A DNA stretch of 63,888 nt, counting the filler, from Basidiobolus meristosporus CBS 931.73 (taxonomy: Eukaryota; Fungi; Basidiobolomycota): the NCBI GenBank assembly GCA_002104905.1. It is 4 parts of 4 records of this genome, joined end to end, with 100 filler letters (N's around TTAATTAATTAA, not from the genome) between each part and the next. Parts side by side here need not be neighbours in the genome. Positions count along the whole stretch, not along the records: positions 19,826 to 39,018 come from MCFE01001040.1; 3 more parts are not named here. One strand, written 5' to 3'. Below are positions 20,224 through 33,357 of this stretch, piece by piece. The notes under the pieces were generated by a model, which saw only the letters and a list, made by a program, of their open reading frames with translations, was not told the DNA's origin and did not search any database. Position 1 is the first letter of the stretch, and every line of letters starts with the position of its first letter. The translations under genes were made by a program, and so were the position numbers.

Positions 20224-21975
20224 ATGAACTCTATGCCATTACTACTCTCACATGGAGCCCCACAGTTTGATGGAAAGAATGTGGAAAGCTTCATATTCAA
20301 ATGGGAGAAGCTCTGCAAGATGTGCAGTCTATCTGAACAAGAAATGGCTGAAGACTTCCCCTACTACTGCACCGATGATATTACCACTAAGCTTCTCAGA
20401 CAAGGAGACATTCTCACTGACTGGGCCTTAATGAAGACCTACCTACAGACCAAGTATGGTAGACCCCAGATATACTATGGAATTGAAGATCTCAGGCACT
20501 TTGGAAGAACTGGACTTTCCAAGCTACCACTTGAAGAGTTCATTCAACAGTATGAAGATATGGCCAAGCCACTTCTAGAGTCCCAGGCTATAACTGAGTT
20601 TACCATGACACTTTACCTTGCACAAGGGCTTCCCCAGGACTTGGCAAGGAAAGTTGACTTATATGCAGCCAAGGATGACAAGTCTGGCATTCCTTGCTTT
20701 GCAGAGATGAAACGTGTTCTCCTAGAGGCAAAGCAAACTTCTACCTTTATGAGACTCCTGACATCTAATCTGCCAGACCAGTCAACCAAGGAGCCAAGGA
20801 GTGCTGCTGCTGACAATCAGACCTACACTACCAACAGAATTGACCAACTTGCTGAACAGCTACAAAAGCCAGCCCTCAAGATTAATGGCTCAGCTGAGGT
20901 TGCTACTGAGGGACAAAGACCTTTGCCCAGGCACTGCATCTGGTGTGACTCTACTCAGCATGCCAGACGAGAATGCTCAGAGCTTAGCCAGCTACTCAGA
21001 GAAGGAGCAGTACAGTTTGATGCTGATGGAATGCTTGCTGACAAGGAAGGAAGAAGGATTCCCACTAATTTCCAAAGAGGAGGGATGAGAGCCCTTTTCC
21101 AGAAATCTGACTCAGCAACCAGAAAGATTACTGTTGATGCCCCTATTGGGACTCATAAAGTGAATTCAAGCAGCTCTGACAACAGACAATATGAAGTCGA
21201 TGCCTTTGCTACCAAAAGACACCTCCCTGAAGAACCTGCCAAACCCATCCTTAGAAGACCACGATTTGAAGAACCTGAGGTTGTTATTGACAAGAGGCCT
21301 AGTATGCTGCCCACCCAAGATCCATTGCCTCACTTTCAGATGACCTCAAAGATAGCAAGCTACTCAAGCCCTCAACTGATTACTGAGAAGCTGCTGAAGC
21401 AGAACCTCACTTTGTCGGTTGGAGAAATCATGAGTGTATCCCCATCTGTTAGGAAGACCTTTGATGAGCAGCTTAGAACAAGACGACAAGCTGTTGAACA
21501 TATGGACACTCATATAATTCAGACAAACCATGAAGACCACCAAAAGGATGACAACACTACTGAATATAAGACCTTCTACTCAGTTGCAACTGCTGTGGTG
21601 AAAGGGTATATATATGATGACCCTGTTGACTGCCATATTGACAGTGGCTCAGAGATTTGTGTTATGCCGCTAGACTTCTGGAAGACACTTAAAAGCAAGG
21701 AGCTACTGCCTGTTGATAGAGATATTGGATGGAACATGACCGATGCAAACTCAGGATCTAGTCCACTCTATGGTGTAGTACACAAGTTTCCTATTGAGGT
21801 ACAAGGAATCAAGGTCTGGCTTCCCCTCTTCATCTGCCAGAAGGCAAACTTTGACCTACTGCTAGGTAGACCATGGGAAACCAGTACTAAGGCTACAACT
21901 ACCAACTATTCCGATGGGTCAGTATGGTACACCATACAAGGATCCAATCCAGGTAGGAGTAGTACCCATCACTAA
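20224..21975 (+). CDS. Ty3/gypsy Gag-protease (truncated before RT)
   Basis: APQFDGKNVESF, zinc knuckle CIWCDSTQHARREC, aspartic protease IDSGSE, LLLGRPW. Confidence 0.85.
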   Translation: MNSMPLLLSHGAPQFDGKNVESFIFKWEKLCKMCSLSEQEMAEDFPYYCTDDITTKLLRQGDILTDWALMKTYLQTKYGRPQIYYGIEDLRHFGRTGLSKLPLEEFIQQYEDMAKPLLESQAITEFTMTLYLAQGLPQDLARKVDLYAAKDDKSGIPCFAEMKRVLLEAKQTSTFMRLLTSNLPDQSTKEPRSAAADNQTYTTNRIDQLAEQLQKPALKINGSAEVATEGQRPLPRHCIWCDSTQHARRECSELSQLLREGAVQFDADGMLADKEGRRIPTNFQRGGMRALFQKSDSATRKITVDAPIGTHKVNSSSSDNRQYEVDAFATKRHLPEEPAKPILRRPRFEEPEVVIDKRPSMLPTQDPLPHFQMTSKIASYSSPQLITEKLLKQNLTLSVGEIMSVSPSVRKTFDEQLRTRRQAVEHMDTHIIQTNHEDHQKDDNTTEYKTFYSVATAVVKGYIYDDPVDCHIDSGSEICVMPLDFWKTLKSKELLPVDRDIGWNMTDANSGSSPLYGVVHKFPIEVQGIKVWLPLFICQKANFDLLLGRPWETSTKATTTNYSDGSVWYTIQGSNPGRSSTHH

Positions 21976-21989
21976 TCAAAGCAAAAACA

Positions 21990-23467
21990 TGGGGTCTGGT
22001 AGATTTACCAAGTGGGAGAATGCCATATGATGTAGATGGGTCTACAAGATAAAGATAACCTCAAATGGTACTGTTGATAAGCACATGTCTAGATTGGTGG
22101 CTAAGGGCTATTCCTAGATCCAAGGGATTGTCTTTAAGGAAACATTTGCTCTGGTTACAAAGTTTAACTCAAGTAGGACAATTCTAGCCCTGGCAACTCT
22201 TGCACAGTCTAGATCTACACCAAATGAATGTCAAAACAGCCTTTCTAAATGGGGGTTTGCAAGAAGCTATATGTATGGAGCAACCAGACGTTTTGCCAAT
22301 CCAAGAGGCCCCCATCATGTGTGCAGACTCAGGAAATTGCTGTATGGGCTTAATCAGGCACCTAGAGCATGGTACAACAAAATTGACACATATCTAGAGG
22401 AGATTGGGTTTATTTGAAGCACTGCAGATTACAGTATATATGTGAAACAGCTCTAAAAGGGTGTGATCATCCTGGTTCTGTATGTGGATGACCTAATAGT
22501 AGCTACAAGTGACCAGGAGGCACTTAAACAGAAAACATCAGATCTCTTCAGCAAGTTTGAGATGAAAGATCATGGATAATTGAGCTATCTTCATGGAACT
22601 GAAGTGAATTTTGACATACCTATGCAGAATATTGCGCTGAATCATTCTGAGTACATCAGGGACATTCTTAGATGCTTCAAAATGGAAAACTGCAAACCTG
22701 CAACTTCCCCAATGCACAATAATCTAAAATGGAGCAAATCTCAGCCATTTTTAGTTGATAATGGCTTATATTTGGACCAGAACTTTCCCTATCAATCAAT
22801 GGATGGTAGCCTAATATACTTGATGGTGTCTACATCTCACAATTTTGCAGTGGCAGTTGAAATAGTTAGTCAATTCATGCAGAACTATTGATCAGATCAA
22901 AACACAGTAGTTGAGTGGATTTTCAGATATCTGCAAGGTACTATATATACGGTACTGGAATACTCCGGAGCAGCTAAGAGGCAGAAATTTGATGGTCATA
23001 GTGATTCAGATTGGGGTAGAGATCTGGTTGACAGATGCTCTACCACTGGGTATGTATTCCTTTATGCTGGTGCAGCCATTATTTGGAACTGCAAGAAACA
23101 ACCAACTGTGGCCCTATCTACAACTGAAGCTGAATATATGGCTGCTTGCCAAGCTACTAAGGAGGCTATATGGCTACAGAAATTACTCAAAAACTCAGAC
23201 TTTAATTCAGAAGGGACAACATGCAATTACAATGATAAATGGAGTTGGTTTACATTAGCTTGGAATCCTACTAATCATGCCAGAACTAAGCACACCTATA
23301 TACAATACCATTTGGTGAGGGAAGCTGTAAAATATAACTTGTTAGTGTTAGTTTACTGTCCAACTGACAAAATGGTGGCAGATATATTGACAAAACCCCT
23401 AGCTAGATCACAATTTGGGAATCTCAGAGAGGAACTAGGATTAAGAAATTATATTGTTGAGGGGGAG
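21990..23467 (+). mobile_element. Degenerate Ty1/copia RT-RNase H with PPT
   Basis: LHQMNVKTAFLNG, YVDD, ALSTTEAEYMA, MVADILTKPL, terminal EGEC; PPT gagggggag at 23459-23467, then TGTTG. Confidence 0.9.
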
Positions 23468-24070
23468 TGTTGAAATTTTGGACTATTAGGCATCAATAAT
23501 CAGCTAAAAATTTACTTAACTTTTCTAGACTAATCTTGTCACTGTAGGACCTATTTGCAGCCACAACTTTGCTAGTTTCTTCACATCTATGATCCTATGA
23601 ATATTCCCATATAGTGAAGATCAAATTAACACTTTTTGCCAAACATTATGTACTAACCCTGACACTCTTACAGAATGCTCCTGAATGTTAAGAAACCCTC
23701 CTTACTTAGTGTTACATCAGTATTGCTTGTACAAAGATATAAATACTGATCCTCTTTGTGAATAAAGAATAATTCAACTATTAGCACTATATCTTGATTA
23801 GTTACTTATATCCAAATCACTTCTTAAGTTGCAATAGGTTTTGTAGCATTTGGGAGCATTCTGTAACAGCTTCAGGGTTAGTGAGTAATGTTTGGTAGGT
23901 GGTATTAATTTGATCTTTATTATAGGGGAAATAATCATAGGGTCATTGATGTGAAGAAACTGGCAAAGTTGGGGCTGCTAATTAGTACTACAGTGACCAA
24001 GACTAGTCTAGAATTGCTAAGAATATTTCAGGCTGCTGAATGATGCCAAATAGTTCAATATCTCAACCAG
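23468..24070. repeat. Copia 3' LTR plus an oppositely oriented related LTR fragment
   Basis: LTR starts tgttgaaa at 23468. acagaatgctcc (~23670) and ggagcattctgt (~23855) mark inverted arms whose flanks are also reverse-complementary. Confidence 0.6.
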
Positions 24071-24999
24071 GTTGTGGCCCAGTAATATTGCCAAAGTAAG
24101 TATTCCGGTATGACAAGGCAGAATATTCAATTGGAGTGGAGATAGTGCAAATTACTGTAACAATCAGAATATAGACTTATGCTACCATAAACACATTGTT
24201 GAGAGGCTTAAGAACTCCAAGCAGCTGGCATAAAAAGGGTTTTATTGTTATTGATATATATATACCTTTGACGTAGCTGCCCAATATTATCACATGGAAA
24301 GAAAGGCCCTCTTTATATACTGTAGCTGAGGAAGTCATATATATCAGTCTTGGGAAGCATCAGTGGGTTTGAGCAATTGCACACGCTTACACTTTGCAGT
24401 AGTCCAGATTGAATATAGACACAGCACATTTGAGAAACCCAAATAATATAGTTAGCAAGATAGAAATTAAAGTGCAATCAAAGCTAACATGGTAAACCAA
24501 GTGATAGAAGGCCAATATATATGGTTATTAGACTCTTCTGATGATAACCCCTTAAGTAATGCTTCAAATGAGTGGTAGTTTGAAGCATCTGCAGGCTATT
24601 GAGTGCGCTGCCTGACATAATATTCATGCATATAATGATTTACAGGGCCCTGTGCTTTTGTCCTTCAGAGTTGTAATGTCTTAACCTGTCATTGGTGTGC
24701 TACATTAGCAAAATGAATAAAGAAGCAATGAATGCAATATTAACTTTGAGACATTGCAGTAATGGAACACCTTTCTTCACCACAGAACCTTAGGTACACT
24801 ATCCAGCAGCAACCACCTCCAAGTTGCTTCACTATGCTTCAGTTCCTTAATTACCTAATGTTGGAATACAAATGCATCAGTCAACATCTCTATTGTAGCA
24901 AGAGTTTGTAGGTATTATAAGCAGCTGGGAAAATATGAAAACTTAATTGGAGCATCTAGCTATTTATGACAAGGAAAAGTGGTTTCACATATTGACATA

Positions 25000-26460
25000 G
25001 TCTTATGCACAAATCAGAATATGGAAAGGACAGCCATAAAAGCATATGTGCAAAGTATATACCTGACTGGAAAGCATTACAACTTTTTGAGTGCTAGACT
25101 CTGTAGTAATTTAAGTAGTGACCTAGATACAAGGAACTCATCATGAAATGGTGATAATTACTAAACTGTTGTTTATTCATAAGGAAGCTCAGTATTGATA
25201 TCTTTAAAGAATTAATATGGCTGTAATACCAAGTAGTGGGGGCTTCTATTAGTAGGATTTCTAGCTAATGATATAGAACTTCTATTATCCTGGTAAATAC
25301 ATATTGGTTCATCTGAATAACAACATAAGTCTCTGAATAATACATGTAGCCACTGAGCCTCCTTAGTTGCTTGATAAGCAGCCATATATCCAGATTCAGT
25401 TGTAGATAGGGACACATTTGGTTGTTGCCTGCAACTCCAAGTAATAGCTGCACTAATATATAAAAATACATATCTAGTGGTATATCATATACCAATTTGA
25501 TCCCTACCCCAATCTGAATCCCTGAAGCCATTAAATTTTTGCCTAGTAGTTGCTCAGGAGTATTCCAGAACCATATTAGTGGTTAATTGGCAATATCTGA
25601 AGATATGCCTAACTGCTGTTATTTGAATCAGATCAATAGTTCCACATGAGTTGACTGACTATTTCAGCTGCCATTGCAAAATCCGGACATGTAGGTATCA
25701 TTGAGTACATTAGACTACCTATCATTGGCTGATAGGGAGAGCTTTGATCCATATTTAAGCTGCTTTCACCTAAAACTGGCTGAGATCTGCTCAATTTTAG
25801 ATAACTGTTAATAGGGGTAGCTGCAAGCTTGCAATTTTCCATTTTGAAGCATCTAAGAATATCCCTGATGTATATAGACTGTTTCAGAAAAATATTCTGC
25901 GGAGGTATGTCAAATTTAACCTCAGTTCCAAGAAAAAAGCTCAATTTCCTATGATCTTTCATCTCAAACTTGCTGAAGATATCTGATTTTGTGTGCTTAA
26001 GTTCCTCTTGGTCACTTGTAGCTATTATTGGGTTGGCAACATAGAGATCTAGGATAATTGCACCATTTAGAGCTTTAAATCACAGTATTTGAGGTTATCT
26101 TGATCTTGTAGACCCATCTACATGCTATTGGCTTTCTCCCATTTGTTTAATCTACCATTTCTCATATTTTTGCCTTGATCAGTGGTTATTCTCCACCTGC
26201 ATGGCTGGTTGCAATATAGAACCATCTGGACTTTGCATTGCCTGTATCAGATTCAGAGGTTTGGTACATAAGGTAAGATAAGCTTCTTCATGATCATGGA
26301 TGTGTGCCACCAGGAACCAGGGGTATTTCTCATTCCAGTAAATCTTATAACTGGGAAAATTGGTTCTGATCTGGAGCTGGTAGAAATATTCTTCCATATC
26401 AGGCTCAGCTAGGTGCATATCTTCTTCATTAGTGCTGATTGCACCATCAAGTAGCTGGCC
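25000..26460 (-). mobile_element. Degenerate Ty1/copia RT-RNase H
   Basis: Fragments SLSTTESGYMAAYQATKEA, FKMENCKLAATPI, PYQPMIGSLMY; many stops. Confidence 0.85.
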
Positions 26461-26469
26461 AATGACATC

Positions 26470-27110
26470 AAACTGCTACAGAATGCTCCTGAATGTTACA
26501 AACCTGTTGCAGCTTAAGAGCTGATTTGGATATAAGGAACTTATCAACATATAGGGCTATAGTTTCACTACTGTTTAATCACAAAGGAGATAGTTATCTT
26601 ATCTGCATAGAAGTAATATGTCTGTAATACTAGATAAAGATGGTTTCTTAACTTTCAGGAGCATCTTTTAACAGCTTAAAGGTTAGTGTCTAATGTTTGG
26701 TAAATATACTAATTTGATCTTGACTGTGCTGAAATATTGCTCTATTTGGTATTATTCAGCAGCTAAAAATTTACTTGGCAGCTCAGGACTAGCTTGAGTT
26801 ACTGTAGGACTGACCTACAGCCATCACATTGCCACTTTTTTCAAATCTACAATCCTATGATTATTTCCCTTCAAGTCAAGATCAAATTAGCACCTTTACA
26901 AAACATCACATTTTAACCCTGAGACTGTTACAGAATACTCCCAAGTTTTAAGAAGCGTGTCTTAATTGGTTTTAAAGCTGTATTACTCCTTTAAAGATAT
27001 CAATCCTGAGCTTCTTTACAAGCAAACAACAATCCAACTACTATCACTACTTTTTGCAAAGTTTCTTATATCTAAATCACTTCTTAAATTGCAATAGGTT
27101 AAGGAGCATG
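26470..27110. repeat. Nested degenerate LTR fragments related to 23468-24070
   Basis: Recurrent acagaatgctcc/acagaatactcc and cagctaaaaatttactt segments in both orientations. Confidence 0.55.
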
Positions 27111-27149
27111 ATCACCTTGATCTATTTTAAAGGTGACATCAACCAGTAA

Positions 27150-29720
27150 AGAGTACAACAGAAATAGCTTCCCTTTAGAGGAGAGGTTTGATTGGAAGAA
27201 CAACAGATTTTGGAGAATCAAGAAGAAGATTCACCTTGAGGAAAGAAAGCCTTGAAATACAGTAATAGCATAAGAATCTGAGCCCAAAGGAACAGTAGAA
27301 GTAGTGGAGAAGCTGCTGGAGAAGGAGAGAAAGGCCTGTGATGCAATATGTATCAATGTGCAAGATTCCTTCTTGGACATACTCATGCTTCAAATACTGC
27401 CAAAGTGGCATGGGAATTGTTGGGGAAGAGCTTGAGATCAATATCAGTATTTATCAAGCATTATTTAAGCAAAACTCTTCAACATGAGGAAGTAGCAAGT
27501 CAATGACATGCAACTACTTAATACCAGAGCAGGTAAACCTGCAGAAGAGCTTTGCAGCAGTAATGCTAGTGAATATGATGAAGAAAAAATGCTCTGTCTG
27601 CTTTGCAGCTTACCAGGCAAGTATTAGCCGCTCATACTATCTTTTGAGAGCAGAAAAGACCATCTGACTCTACACTATGTCATTGGAAGACTTCTCCATG
27701 AAGAACTCAGATGTGATGATTAAGAAGAGAAATTGCAGATAATGCTTTGTTCAGCTTTGAAAGGCTTCCAGAAAAGAAGTGAAAGCAGCCAAGCCAAAGA
27801 GAACCTGGTGGCTGTAACCACTGTAAGAAGCCAGGACACTGGGCAAGAGCATGCAAGAAGAAACAAGCAGAAAAAAACAGAAACCACAGCAGGAAAATAT
27901 TACAACTACTGATCAACGGCTTTTTGACACTGTACAACAGAGTTCAAGTAACCAAAGTAATGAATGATATATTGACTCTGCAACATTGCAGCATATTTGC
28001 AGTGTAAAGGAGTAGCTGTGTTGCTTAAAGACTTTTCCTGTAAGAGAGTTTTATCTGGGAGGCAACTCTCACTTGGAGCAACTGCCAGTGAGTCTATACA
28101 GATAAATAAGAGTGAAATCTCATGGGCAACAACAGCAAAACTTATTGGCATACTCTATTTGCCTTGAATAGCTAAAAACCTACTCTTGGTCAGTAAATCA
28201 GCTACTCAGACACTGAAATTTGCTTTTACTAAGTTGGGCTGCTGAAATATTAATGAAAATGGACAAAAATTACCTTTGGGAATCAGAAATCACAATAAAT
28301 CTAAGTTACAATACAAGATCAATGAACCTGGGTATGTCAACATTGCTGAAACTGATGAAACAAAATGGGAGATGTGGCATAGGAGGCTAAAACTTATTAT
28401 GGAGCAGAAAATCTGCCAATTGGTAAAAAATTTACTTGTTTGGGCCTAAACCACTCAATTGCAATCATATTGAATGTCTTTAAAGATTGTTCATATGACA
28501 AACAAGCTAGGCAACATTTTGGCAGCTTACAAGGCATTAACACTACCAAATTATTGGCTATTGTGCACTCAGACATGTGTGGGACCATGAAAACACTTTC
28601 CTTTTGAGCCAAGAGATAATTGATGACAATTATTGAAAACTAGACAAGATATATATGGGTGCACTTCCTCACAACAAAGGATGTGGCTATAGAGACATTT
28701 AAGCTCTAAACAAGCATGGCTGAAACACAAACTGAGTGTAAAATGAAGGGACATCATAGTGACAAAGGAGAGCAATACTGCTCAAAGAAGTTTGCAATAT
28801 ACTGCTCATCTACTGGTAGAACTCAATAGACTAGTGTTGCACATACTGCACAGCAAAATGGAGTACAAAAATGTGCAAACAGAACAATAGTAGCAATGGG
28901 AAGCTCTATGCCACATGATAAGGAAATGGTCAACAAGTTTTGGGCTGAATATGCTGCCACCACAGTATAAAACAAGAGTATATGCCTAACAACAGCACTA
29001 CATGATTGAACACCTTTTGAAGCAAATGGAGACAAAAACCCAGACCTTCAGCACCTGAGGATCTTTGGCAGTGATGGCTTCTATCTCATCCCTCACAAAA
29101 AATGCTCAAAGTTAGAACCAAACAGTAGATAATGGATCCTACTTGGCTATTTGGAGGAAAGTAAAGGGTAAGTGTGTATGCTATCAAAATTGAGACGCTG
29201 ATCAAGAGCCAGGACATTGTACTTGAGAAGAATTCAGATCAAAATCCACTGAAATTGTTGGCCAGCTGCCTGATGATGCAATCAACACTAATAAAGAAGA
29301 TATATCCTTAATTCAGCCAGATACAGAAGATAACTGTACCAGTCCCAGATATGAGCATACTATTCCAGTTGGAAGATTTACTAGAATAAGAAATGCCTCT
29401 GGATCCTGGTGGCAGACATCCAATGATCAAGAAGAGGCTTATCTTGCCTAGTGTGCCAAATCTCTGAATCTGCAACATGCAATGCAAAACCCAGATGCTA
29501 TAATGTGGCAACAAGCCATGCAGGAGGAGTACTAAGCACTGTTCAAGGCAAAAAGGTGCAAACATGTAGATTTACCAAATGGGAGAGAGCCACAAGAGCG
29601 GGATAACCTTAAACGGTACTGTTGATAAGTACAAGGCTAGATTGGTGGCTAAGGGCTAACTGCAGATCCATGGACTAGACTTTAAGGAAAAATTGGCACT
29701 GGTTGCCAAGTTTAACCCAA
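27150..29720 (+). mobile_element. Degenerate Ty1/copia (gag, integrase, start of RT)
   Basis: Integrase-like HSDMCGP and PQQNG-type remnants (28560-28900); RT start KYKARLVAKG (~29630); no long ORF. Confidence 0.7.
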
Positions 29721-30149
29721 GCTTCTTCTTAAACTGCAACAGACTATAGGAGATGATCATAGAAGCATAGATCCAGAGAATGTGGCAAAGTTAGAGCTGT
29801 AAGGGAGTTATGCAGTGACCCAGACTTATCCATAATTGTGAGTAAATTTTTAGCTGCTGAATGATACCAAATAGTCCTATATTTCTACTGGTAGCCAGTA
29901 TTTTGGTGAATATATGCCAAGTAAGCCTCATCAAGGTGTTTAAGCATGTTTCTGGTATATATTAGACTTGTTCCATCATTCAAGCTGATCATAGTACCCA
30001 ATAGTGCCATAGCATGCCAAATGGTGCCATACAGTGCCAATTTGGGATCAAAATTGACATATATTGTCCCAACAATATCAAATTTATAACAATATATGCA
30101 GCACATTCTGGCACTTTGATCAATGGCACAATGGAATAAGCTTGCTAGA

Positions 30150-30570
30150 CTTGTTGAGTTAAATAGTGCCACATTGAGCCATGATTGTCAAATGATGCCA
30201 TAGGGTGCCAGGGAGGCCAAGTGAGCCTATACCTGGCCACAGAGTCTGAAATATTGCTCTGCATCTTCATGCAGAGAAGCCACTTTGGGTAACCCACCGT
30301 ACCAGAGAAAATTTATTTTTTGACCTTTTTTTGGATCAATGTTGTGCAGGATGTGCAAGAGCACAGAAGGACTGAAGACGTGCATCTAGCACTCAATACA
30401 TATGGCACACTGAATCTAGCTCCTGTAGCTTGTGACATAATATTGCATGAAGATACAGAGCTATGTTTCACACTCTGGGGCCCGGTAGAAGCTCACTTGG
30501 CCTCCCTAGCACACTATGGCATCATTTGGCACTCATAGCTCAATGTGGCACTATCTAACAGAACAAGTGT
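30150..30570. repeat. MITE-like unit with ~95-bp inverted arms rich in TAGTGCC/GGCACTA
   Basis: 30150-30245 is reverse-complementary to 30471-30566. Confidence 0.6.
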
Positions 30571-32472
30571 ATTACATAGAACATGTTCATGCTTACTTCT
30601 TGTAAGTAAAACCAGTCATCTATCTCATTTAGACATTATTGATTATCCTGAAGTACAATGATGGGCTATTTATCTGTAGTTAAAGATCCTCAATGAGACT
30701 TCACAGCCACATAGCCTCCTTTATGGGCTCACTAGCTGCAATATACCTCAGCTCCAAGGTAGAGAGTGCAGTGTTTATGAATTTTCTGATTTTATAATAT
30801 ACTTCCTTGGGACTCAGAGAAGAGAGGTACCTCTAACTTCAAAGTTTTGTTTCAATGCATATCAAGGCATCCCAATACTGTCAACTAAGAGTAAAATAAT
30901 TGAGTATTAAGCAGATATTGGTAGGTTTATAAGTATCTCAGGAGCTGCCAAACTGTTGCACCATGTTAGGCAGTTACTGGACAAGTACCCATAACACATG
31001 AACAAGCTGACACACAAGTTTCAGAGCTCTGAGCCCTGCTTGGCTAAATGTGCTGTGCCCCAGAACCTTCTGGCATCTACTTATAAAACTCTTAGCTCAT
31101 ACTGATGTATTAAGATTTCTATTGATCTCTAGAACCTTCTGGAAAACATGTTAAGTTATGACTTAGCTGGTGAGAAAAGTATTTAAGCAAGGTAATCCCT
31201 TAACAAGAAGTCTAGATCCCTAATAATCAATATACCAACCCTATGAAAAATAATTTGGCCCTGCAGGTGGATCCAATCCAGATCAGCCATCACAATTCTG
31301 TTTAGAGACCATCATAATACCAGCAGCTTAGAATTAATTACCATCCTAATGATCTCATGACAGGATCACAATGGTGTTTTGCTAATTTACAACCAGATAA
31401 AGGGATGAAACTTGACAATATTTGATTGGTGCTGTAACAATATTTGCATAGTAGTGTTGAGGTCTTTTAGTGCTCTATTATTATTTTGAGTGAGTCTAAC
31501 TGGCCAGGACATCCAATCACCTTATATGGTAACAAACCTTACGTTATTGCAACAGCCTCACAGCAAGACTCTGATAGCATTATATTGGCAGTATGATGGC
31601 CTACAGCTGGTTCTGTAAAATACTAGTGTACAAATTTACCCAATGGTATTTCCTTTCTCTACCTTCCCTAGTGCAGTTCATATATTCCACTGTAGAGTCA
31701 CCCCTCTCTATTTGCCTACCCACTACTACCTTGAGTATTCCACATATAGTTTGAATCAAAAAAAGCTATGGCCTCCTGCTTACTAACCTCTACAAACATG
31801 CACACCTGCCACAGTTGACATACTTCTATCACCTCACTTTATGGCTTTTAAATGCTATACTTGCAAAGTTGGCATAAACCTTGTACTGCTGGTAGCATAT
31901 ACATCTTGCAAACATATGCTTGGCTGTCACCACCTCTGCCATGAAGACCTCCTGAATATCTGCAAAGAAGTTCTTGGTACTTAACCAATAAATTCCTTCT
32001 CCCTGCTAGATTCTAGTCCCCCTTATAGGTGTATCTCCAGTTTCTGATTGACTCCATATTCTGGCCAATGGCCTATAGCTTGCCAACTTTGCTGTAATTG
32101 CATGCTGACTTCTGTATGTTCTCTGCGTGGAAAGATGATGTTCTTAGTGCTGGTATTTGGGTAATGGTAATGTGTGTGAGTCAAGGAGCAAATCCCCTGG
32201 ATCTCATACATTCAACAGCAATACCCTCCATAGTGCCCGGAAAAACCTGTTATCTTGCTTAAGACTGGGGTATACCCAATGCAGATAATAGACTTGTGCT
32301 GTTGGATTGTGCCACATAGTGCCAGCCTGTTTATAGTGCTGGATCAATCTGGCACTCTACGGCACTATCTGGCACTATAATTTCTACCATGATGCCAGTG
32401 GTATGATACAGTTACTGGTAATTTTACTCAATCTTACTTATGATGATCAGAATAGCGCTTTCCTTGCTTTAT

Positions 32473-33357
32473 TTACTCTTCATAATGCTCCAGACACATT
32501 TCTCTCAGTGGATGTCTTCTTGTATGAGCATACTGTGCATTAATAAGTATCTTAACTATTTTACCTATTCTGCTGTTTTCTCCTATATATGACTTTCCTC
32601 TGTATTTACCTGCCAATATTCTGAATCTCTTCAGATATCCAATTGTGTGCTCCACCCTCACTCCGAAATGATTAAATATCTCATTGTAGTGCTTCTGCTT
32701 CCTGCTAAGCACACCATTCCTTGGCTTCCTATAAGCTGTTATACATCCTAATCTGTGACAATCCTCTCCTATATAGGCTAAGTCTGCCATACATCTCTCC
32801 CCTCTACTGAATTCAGGATGATTCTCTACCCAGAGTGCTTTGTCATGCCTACTTCCAGCAAATGGCCCACTAAACCAGATGATGTTACCCTCAATGTCAG
32901 ACAGTGCCTGAAACTTCACACAGTGTGCCTTGTACTTGCCAGAATAAAAGTGCCTCTGCCCTCTAGAAGGTCTGTTAATCCTCACTGGGAAGGTATCCAA
33001 AATACTCCTGATATGAAACCTGTTGCTGAACACTCTGGGATATGGAAGTCTATTGGAGCTTCTGAACCTAGTATTCCAAGCTTGCTCCAAGTCATTCATA
33101 CACTCTGCAAGGTGGTTTTCCATTGCTGTCAGCTGGGAATGAAAGCTTCTAGGACTTTTGTTGCCATGGATGGTGGGATGAAACCTTGTAGGGCAATAGT
33201 TTTTGTAATAGCTGAGAAGCTCAACAAGGGATCTCCTTGAGTAGATTGGGGTTGATGGTCCACAGTACTTGGAATAGATCTCCTCTAGTATGTCAAAAGG
33301 AAATCCAGTGGTAGTGATGGAATTGATTTGGAAAGACCATTCAGATGAGTAAGTCAT
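32473..33357 (-). CDS. PIF/Harbinger-type DDE transposase (DDE_Tnp_4-like)
   Basis: ILDTFPVRINRP, FYSGKYKAHCVKFQ, GSRHD, MADLAYIG, VRVEHTIGYLKRFRIL. Confidence 0.88.
   Translation of the reverse strand: MTYSSEWSFQINSITTTGFPFDILEEIYSKYCGPSTPIYSRRSLVELLSYYKNYCPTRFHPTIHGNKSPRSFHSQLTAMENHLAECMNDLEQAWNTRFRSSNRLPYPRVFSNRFHIRSILDTFPVRINRPSRGQRHFYSGKYKAHCVKFQALSDIEGNIIWFSGPFAGSRHDKALWVENHPEFSRGERCMADLAYIGEDCHRLGCITAYRKPRNGVLSRKQKHYNEIFNHFGVRVEHTIGYLKRFRILAGKYRGKSYIGENSRIGKIVKILINAQYAHTRRHPLREMCLEHYEE

Noticed and set aside
31260-31990. Segment repeated at ~37937-38545 as a novel element
   Set aside because: Heavily degenerate, probably an old LTR-retrotransposon integrase remnant; boundaries could not be defined.
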